A stretch of DNA of 64,000 nucleotides from Octopus vulgaris (taxonomy: Eukaryota), in NCBI GenBank assembly GCA_951406725.2, contig OX597818.1, forward strand, positions 98,146,001 through 98,210,000, in the 5' to 3' direction. The first letter of the stretch is position 1. Every line of letters begins with the position of its first letter. Under the pieces are notes generated by a model. The model was not told where the DNA came from, made no database searches, and saw only the letters and a list, made by a program, of their open reading frames with translations. Below are positions 51,707 to 64,000 of the stretch, piece by piece. The translations under genes and the position numbers were made by a program.

Positions 51707-52529
51707 AGGGACCTTTACCTTTTGATCGACAGATTTTAAAAATAATTTTTTGTGACTAAACACTTTCAAACTTCGTATACTTGTAGAATGTGTCACATAA
51801 AACATCTTTTACTCTTGGCGTTGTTGATAAAATTCTGTACTTTGGAAGTTATTTCTTTTTAAAGTTGTCGTATTTTGGTAATTTCAACCAATCAATGACG
51901 TGTATTTAGCTGACTAAAATTACTGCTGTTGTTTGTCAACAACAACTATCGGCGGTGTATATTTCATTTATCACTGTTATTTATGATATCGTTCGTGCGT
52001 TTGTACTGGTTTTAGCTTTAAGGTTTTAGGGTTAGGGTTAGTGTTTTAGAGCTGGGGTTAGGGTTAAGGTTAGGGTTAAGGTTAGGGTTAAGGTTAGGGT
52101 TTTAGGATTAGGATTAGGGTTGGGATTTTAGGGTTAGAGTTACGGAAAAAAATGTAAAATGAAGCACGAACGATTATGGTGGTGCCATGAAGTAAACATG
52201 CTTCAGATACACTCGTTTATTCATGCAAACGTAACTGAGAAGAAATATGTCATAAATAACAATGACAAACGAAATATACACCGCCGGAAGTTTTTGTTGA
52301 CAAACAACAACAGTAATTTTATTCAGCTGAATACACGTCATTGATTGGTTGAAATTACCGAAATACGACAAATTTAACAAGAAATAACTTTCAAAATACA
52401 GAATTTTCTCAGCAACACCAAGAGTAAAAGATGTTTTATGTGACACATTCTACAAGTATACGAAGTTTGAAAGAGTTTAGTTACAAAAAATTATTTATTA
52501 AATCTGTCGGTCAAAAGGTAAAAATCCCT
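51707..52529. mobile_element. Non-autonomous DNA transposon/MITE with ~285-bp TIRs and internal (TTAGGG)n-like array
   Basis: 51707-51990 is the reverse complement of ~52247-52529; telomere-like repeats at ~52010-52140. Confidence 0.85.
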
Positions 52530-53139
52530 CCCCCTTAGCGACAAGCATGAATCCCTTCTCCTTGAAACTGTTACCTTTGTGGCTAAATTAGAAACCATCA
52601 TTTATAGAAACTATAACGTGGCGAGCTGGCAGAGTCACTAGAGCAATGGTGAAAAAAAATGCAGTGTATGTATGTTTCGAGATCAAATCCAGCCGAGGTC
52701 ACTGTTGCATTGTATCTCCCCTGGGTTCACAAAATACAGAGCTGGTGCCTAAATTAATGACAATTATTTGAGGAAACGATCCATTCATAAAATAAACATG
52801 GTAGTTAGAGATTAGTATCGGTAATTAATTTTAGTTTAGCATCCTCATTGTTGGCATAAAAATAACATCAAATACGGAAAGCAGAACAGGAAATGCACTC
52901 CATGAATAAGTTTTGAATTCCGTACATTTGCCCCTCCCCAGATTTTCATGTAAACTACCAGTTTCAATTTAATATATTTCTACTTACCATAAACATCACG
53001 AAGGAGATAATTCCAACCGTTTCTCGAGGGCCCAAAAGTTTATGAAATACTTTCATTATTTCGATGTGAAAATTTCTCTGAAAATATGAAGTTATAGCTA
53101 CTTCCTATTTTATTAGAAAATATCAGGAAAAAAATTTGA

Positions 53140-53184
<45 letters not shown>

Positions 53185-53693
53185 TATCTTTTCATTTACT
53201 TGTTTCAATGAATAGGCTGCGGCCATGTTGGGGCACCGCCTTAAAGAATTTTTGGTCGAATGAAACTATCCTAGAACTTTTTTAAAGCCTGGTACTTACT
53301 ATATCGGAAACTGAAAGAAGCCCATCATATATATATGTGTGTGTGTGTGTGAGCGCGCGCGTGTGTGTCTCTATCCTACCACACTTAACAGCAGGTGATG
53401 GTGTGTTTACGTCCCCGTATACTTGCAGTTCAACAAAAGACACCGATATAGTAAGTACCAAGCTTTAAAAAAGTACTAGGATAGATTCATTCGAACAAAG
53501 ATTCTTCAAGGTGATGCTCCAGCATGGCCGCAGTATATTGATTGAACTAGGAACTAAATTAGATAGTAAACGTTTTTAATTTTCAATCCTTTCGAGAATT
53601 TATCCATAATTAATGGTTTGAGTTTTCTACTGCTCTTTCTAGCACAAGGCTTTCCTATTTGGAAGCCTCTTAATGTGTTACCCCACCATTTAT

Positions 53694-53734
<41 letters not shown>

Positions 53735-53736
<2 letters not shown>

Positions 53737-54090
53737 ATAACATATTTGCCAAATAAGTGTGGCGTCCTATACAGGACAGTGCTACTGATGTTTATAGCCC
53801 CAGGAAGACATCTCCTCCAGCTGGCTAACGACACACATTCTGTGTCTGAATAGTATTTGCGACGAGAGGTCATCCCTCTAGCCTTACGTGATACACACGG
53901 ATTCGAGTATCTGGGTGGTTACCCGTCCTCAGCGTATGTTAATCACCAGCTAGTGACGGAAGCTCATTTCACTCGCAAATTACTGTATATTTTTCTAGTG
54001 ACTCACTGTCGCTTATCTCGTAGAAGAGAGAAAACGTTATATATAATCTCTGAGCGAGATATAAACAGTAGCAGTACGGAACCGTAACAT
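53735..54090 (-). mobile_element. Structured non-coding element family H3 with degenerate hammerhead
   Basis: Minus strand ACATACG CTGAGGA CGGG TAACCA CCCA GATAC TCGA ATC CGTGTGT (53939-53893); flanked by (TA)n. Confidence 0.6.
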
Positions 54091-54528
54091 ATATTTGTTA
54101 ATATATATATATATATTTCGTTTTGGGATTTGGTTTTCATGATTCTTTATGTGAGTTCGTGTGTTGAAGCATATTTTGTTGTGTCTGGGGAGAATCATTC
54201 TCTTTTAGTGCCTAATAATAAAACACGCTCACCGGTAAAAATTTCCACTCATTTACTTTTTTAATTTTCTAAAATTTTCATTGCTTCTTGCAACCTTTTC
54301 AAAAATTGTTGACTTTGTCCGTTATTGAAGCTGCCTTCTTTTTTGTTTGTTTGCGCGCATGTATGTGGATCAGTGTGTGTGTGTGCAACGATAATTTTAC
54401 CCTGCTGATTCTGATATGTATATCGAAAACTTGGTCTTTGATTTTTTGCTTATGGCAATGACAACTGCTATATCTCCTACAGGCATTTTTTAATTGCAAT
54501 CAAGTCCCGTCGAGGTTAAAAACGAATG

Positions 54529-55140
54529 TTTTTACCTCCGCTTTAGCGAAGGTGGAGATATTGTCTTCAGTCGTGTTTGTTTTCTTCTTTGTTTGTTTGT
54601 CCGTAGACAAAATATCTCAAGAACCGCCGGATGGATTCGGATGAAACTTTCAGAGGTATTTGGTCTCCTGACTGGCACGAACTGATTAGATTTTTGGGAT
54701 CGATCCGGTACCGGACAAGGATTCTAGATTATTTTTTATATTTACTTTACTTTACATGATTGCGGTCTTACGTTAACTTTCAAGTCTTTCTCAATTATCT
54801 TCCTTTAGGCTGTAACTATTTTGAATGGTAGATTTGTTAACTTTAGCTTGTATTAGATAAGAATAAACTATTTATTACTGTTACTAAATTTTCTATAACC
54901 ACCTTCACATTCCATAACTACCATTGGGATTAATCAGGCTTCGAACAAGGATTCTGGATTTTTTTCCGTTTTTTTTAACGTAATTTTTGAGAGTGGTCAA
55001 GTTCATTTTTAGTATTCTCGTTTGTGAGAGCAGTCGAGTTTATTTAAGATATTCTCATTTTAAAAATCATCACTGGCTAATCGTTGAGAGGACGTTGGTG
55101 TTGCCTTGGCGTAGATTTGCGCTCTCTCAGTGCTCTTGTT
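54529..55140 (+). mobile_element. DINE-1/HINE-like element
   Basis: TTTTACCTCCGC...GGTGGAGAT 5' end, (GTTT)n, GGATTCGGATGAAACTT core, 3' TTGGCGTAGATTTGCGCTCTCTCAGTGCTCTTGTT. Confidence 0.65.
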
Positions 55141-55963
55141 ATATATTAATACCAGAACTTGAAGGATATATTGAGACTGAGAAGTATCAACAGCCTCCGT
55201 TGGCCATAACGATACCCTTTTAATCTCTTTTAATTTCTTGTTTTAGTCATAGAAATGTGACCATGCTGGAGCAGTACCTTGAAGTATTTAGTCGATTAAA
55301 TCAACTCCAGTTATTTATTTATCATTTTTTTTTTGGTTTATAAGCCTGATACTTATTTTATTATTTCTTTTTGCCGAACCTCTAAATTACGGGATGTAAG
55401 GAAACCAACAGCGGTTGTGAAGCGGAGGAAGAATGATAAACACATAGAAACGCAGGCACGCGCTCACGCATGCAAGTATTTAAAATGTGTGGAAGCCCAT
55501 CCTTTGAAATATATCTTGGGATTCAGCACAGTTTCCGTCAGCTAAATCCATTCAGATGTTATTAGTTGAAAAAGGTTTGGCCAGAAAGCCGTACAGTGGG
55601 ATTGAACACGAAATCCCATGGACGCCAAGCGGTCTTCTTAACCACACAGCCATGTCTGCGGCTAGTTGCTAAATTTGAGTAATAGTAGTTAATTTAATTA
55701 TTAAGAATCGCCTCTTGTGACCAGTTTCCATTATTCTTGGCTTGTGGCGAAATAAATAGATAAATAAATAAACCACGTGGAAATGACGTGAACACGAAAA
55801 GTTTCCTGTTGTTGTGTAGGAGGTTAAATGGTTGAGAACCTGATTATGGTTAACTGTAGACCAGTCAGTTGTCATTATATATTTATCGATCCCGTGACAA
55901 ATAATCTAACCAGCATTTAGTCTTTAATTGCAGTCTTTGTTTTCTCGTTGCCTAATTTTGTCC

Positions 55964-56050
<87 letters not shown>

Positions 56051-57260
56051 ATCCCCTCCTCTCTTACACTTTGTCTTACGCAGTTTTATCTCTACACTGG
56101 ATATGTGAAACAAAATTTAAAATATTGGATAGAGAAATAAATAGACAAAGAAATGTACAAAATACAAAGCCAAGAGAAAAAGCGTTAAATACTTAATTAA
56201 GTATTCAAATTAGTGTCGGCCAATTAAGTGTGAGTAAAAAAAGAAATGAACTATTCCCAACATTTCCACTACTATAGACACTGACACACTTCTTTCTACT
56301 ATAGGCACAAGGCCTGAAATTTGGGGAGTGTGGGCAAGTCAATTATATCGACCTCAGTGCTCAACTGGTAATTATTTTATTGACCCCAAAAGGATGAAAG
56401 GCAAAGTCAACCTTGGTAGAATTTGAACTCAGAACACGGAGAAGTGTCGCTAAGAATTATTATCCGGTACGTTAACCATACTGCCAGCACGCCACCTTGC
56501 AGAAACTAATGTAATAATTAAGTGAAAGAAAAGAGCATAAACTAAATAAAAGCTTTGCTAGTATATATGAGAACTCTATAGGGCACGAAAGGAGTTTGTG
56601 AGTATTCCTGTGTATGTGTGGAAGTGTATGTGTATATGTACGGGCATTCTTGTGTTCTTGTGAACATTTTGGCTATAAAATCATTACGGTCTGAGTCCAT
56701 ACCCTGTGGACATAAGCTTTGACTTTCATTATTTTGGAATCGATAAATAATGTATTAGTCAAGAACTGATATCGGAGATATCTAATTTTAGTTCCAAGGT
56801 CAGTAATTTCTTTCAAAATTAATGGCTTTGTGACTAAGTAAGAAACAATTCTAATGACAGAATCGCTAAAATCGGAAAAAATTTCTTTAAGACATTTTTC
56901 CGGCTCATTGTATTCTGAACTTAAATCTTGCAGTCATCAACTTTGCTTTTCATGCCTTGCAATCGATAAAGTAGGATACTGGCAACTGGAGCTGATAGTA
57001 TCGGCTAACTTGCTCCACTGAAAACTACTGACCTTGGGCTAGCAGTTCTGTGGTTAGCACAGATTTATAAATCCCTGTAACATTTCAAAATCAAAGGACT
57101 ATTCCAGACTTGTGTATCCATCCCCACCTACCGTGGGTACAGAAACAAAAGCAAAGAGAATGGCAGTGCAGGATAGAAAGCCGGCCTGTTAAACTTGTGT
57201 TAGCAAGAGCCAACTGAAGGCTTTCTTTCTTCAGTTGTTGAACAAAACAATAGCAGTATT

Positions 57261-57467
57261 CTTTTCTACTCTAGGCACAAAGCCCGACATTTTAGAAGAA
57301 GGTGCCAGTCGATTAGATCGACCCCTGTATGCAACTGGTATTTAATTTATCGACCCCGAAAAGATGAAAGCAAAGTCGACCTCGGCGGATTTTAGAACAT
57401 AAAGACAGACGAAATACTGCTAAGCACTTTGCCCGACGTGCTAACGTTTCTGCCAGCTCGCCGCCTT
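57261..57467 (-). mobile_element. SINE family C monomer with perfect 17-bp TSD
   Basis: TSD AAAACAATAGCAGTATT at 57244-57260 and 57468-57484. Confidence 0.88.
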
Positions 57468-58129
57468 AAAACAATAGCAGTATTATCTCATTCACCTATC
57501 CGTATGGAGTAAAGGGAAGTAACTGCAGGATAGATAGGATCGACAGATCGTTGCAGAGATAAATAAATAAAAGTGAGGAGTGACAATGAAAGGAGTTTTG
57601 AAACTTAAGAAAATGATCCGACTCCTCGAGACAATAGGAAGTTCATTGAACAATGTGTCGTGGAGATGTATGTTGGTTCATTATAAAATTGATGATGGCG
57701 ATGTGCTCTTTGAGGAAAATTAAGACCGATTAACAAAAGACAGGCAAAAGATAAGAGTTTGGCGAAAATCACGTCAATGATCTGTCACTATAAAAGAGCA
57801 ATACCCAGAGAACGTAAGAAGTCTTTTTATCATTACCAATATAGAAAAGAAAAAATGCGTATAGGTGTGTTTGGATGCACCTTGTTTCAATATCATGAAC
57901 AGCTGGTGGGTAAAGACGTGGTGTGTTCAGCCCACACAAATACTTGAAATGCTATCTCCTACATCAGGCGATGGCAAGTATATGGTGCCATATGTGTCGC
58001 TTTTAAAACTGATAACTAAATGAAGAGACCATCTCAATTAATGTGTCACACACTTATCCATCGTCTAATCTCACGCCTAATCTTAATCCTTCTCCCAAAA
58101 TTGCTAATCTTGTGCTAAAATTGGAAATC

Positions 58130-58647
<518 letters not shown>

Positions 58648-59184
58648 GAGTGAGAGAGCAGTACATGCCATCAAAGTGACACTAGGGTAAAATATACAAA
58701 GCCCAGTATACCCATCATGACTACCTGTCTGATAAGGGCACACCAGGCACATACATCACAACCATATGTGCGTGCATGGTGATCTCATATCAATATTAAC
58801 AGCGCATTACTTTGCAGGGAAGGGGCCAATTAGAATTTTCTTCAGATCGAGTAGCTCATCCCACTCAAAAGGTCCCTGAATAAGGATTGTTTAAGGATGT
58901 TGAACGAAACACCCATGTTTCCGAAGGTGAATTATCCAAACTCCAAATAATTCCTCTCAACACATGGCTATGATGCTCCACAAATATTTCTACTCGTGAT
59001 CAGAGACGCACGTATCGTCGGCCATTAAGGCACATGCTCAACTGGTTATGGTCAAACAACTGACAAGCAAATTTGTGGTATTGAGCAGACTATTTGCAGT
59101 TAGCCCATCTTTTATACCAATGTACACTTCCAATCAGTTAAGTTCAGAAGCCATGAGAGCCACTGCCTGGTACTGCATCAGGGC

Positions 59185-59187
<3 letters not shown>
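58648..59187 (-). mobile_element. Non-coding repeat inserted in (TAA)n, possibly an R4/Dong UTR derivative
   Basis: Complex ~540-bp segment bounded by (TTA)n on both sides, adjacent to the R4-like fragment; identity inferred only. Confidence 0.4.
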
Positions 59188-59253
<66 letters not shown>

Positions 59254-59257
59254 CATT

Positions 59258-59316
<59 letters not shown>

Positions 59317-59557
59317 TATTATAAAGGTGAGGAGTCGGCCAGAATGTTTAGCAACATTTCTTCTGGTCTTGCATTGTAAGTTCAAATGTCGCCGAATTCG
59401 ACTTTGTCTTTCTTTCGGGATCGATAAAACAAATATCAGCTGAGCACTGGAGTCAATATAATCCTTCTCCCCACAAATCTCAGATCTTGTACCTATAGTG
59501 GAAAGAATTATTACTAGCTTTGGCCATCAAACATACTTTCACTGAACTTTAATTAAA

Positions 59558-62975
<3,418 letters not shown>

Positions 62976-63285
62976 CACACATACATACATGCGTACATAC
63001 ACGCTTATGTGCGTACGTTCATACATACATGAATGTTTCTTATATCCCGATGAAATCTGTTGAGGAAACATCGATGTAATTTTTTTTAAATGCCAATCTA
63101 AAACTTGCTATTATAAAGATTATTACATACATATACACATGCATGTTTGTATACATACATATTATGCATGTATATAAGAAAAGTTAGGTCTCTGGCAATT
63201 TTATCTTGAACAACACATACATTGCTAGAAATATAGATACATATTAAAATATGCATATATATATATATATATTTATATATATTTA

Positions 63286-63802
63286 CTAGCAGTATCGCCC
63301 GGCGTTGCTCGGGTTTGTAAGGGAAATAACTATATAAGCATTTTTAGAGAGTTACTTCCCTTATAGATGCCAATTCGGGCTTTCTTAGCCATTTCTGTTT
63401 TGGTGTCTTCAAGCCATGAAGTCGTTGTTCTAAAAGAACGCTGGTCTCCTTGATAACGCATTACGACGTTGATTTCCTTAAACTCCCTTCCCCACAGCTT
63501 CACGAGGGAGGGAAGAAGGGGGAGAAGCAAACACAGGTGCAGGTGTTTGAGCGTGGACGCCAACTCCGCCGCCATCGACACACGAAAAATTATGCATTAA
63601 AATGGAATAAAAAATTATGTTAAATTATTTTTAAAATCGTAGACTCATCGTAGACGCGCGCTAATAGCCAGACGGGCTCGATATTAATTACGACTATAAG
63701 ATACCCGAATTTGGTTAAACTGCACCGCAAAATGTGGGAGGAGTTAGGAATCTAAATCGAAGGGGACAGACACTCACACAACTAGAGTTTTATATATATA
63801 GA
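63286..63802 (-). mobile_element. Non-autonomous Helitron
   Basis: Minus strand A|TCTATATATATA ... CCCGAGCAACGCCGGGCGATACTGCTAG|T. Confidence 0.85.
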
Positions 63803-63814
63803 TATATATATATA

Positions 63815-64000
63815 CTAGCCGCTGTACCTGGTAATTCTCGGGGGTAAAAATGTTCTATTGAAACGCCTAATTGCTCTAATATAAGAAAGCAATTTCGTTA
63901 TAACTGCCACAAATGTCAGCTGGAGGAGGAAGAGATTGATGGAGGCTGGCGAGAGAGGTTTTTGGACATTGGCGAGAAAGGTTGTAGGAGGTTGGTGAGA
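63815..64000 (-). mobile_element. 3' end of another Helitron-like element, truncated by the window edge
   Basis: A|CTAGCCGCTGTACCTGGTAATTCTCGGGG: CTAG end with CCCGAG...CCAGG hairpin-like motif. Confidence 0.55.

Overview
AT-rich, microsatellite-saturated animal DNA with no recognisable host protein-coding gene. Almost all ORFs in the track are translations of (TA)n/(TATG)n/(CA)n/(GGT)n repeats or of SINEs. The tRNA-derived CORE-type SINE families and repeat landscape suggest an octopod cephalopod; this is inferred from recall, not from a search. Contents: dozens of SINE copies from at least 4 families, a 2.6-kb RTE-clade LINE with an unusually long target-site duplication, other RTE-like and R4/Dong-like LINE fragments, Tc1 and mariner relics, a hAT element with an 8-bp TSD, non-autonomous Helitrons and DINE-1/HINE-like elements, a MITE carrying (TTAGGG)n, and a U6 snRNA pseudogene. 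Two signals stand out. (1) About 9 type-I hammerhead ribozyme motifs occur in 4-5 unrelated small non-coding elements (Penelope-like or retrozyme-like). One of these families has three diverged copies that keep their base-paired architecture through compensatory changes. (2) There is a high density of local fold-back or templated inverted duplications whose arms share private mutations; if transcribed, they would form long dsRNA.
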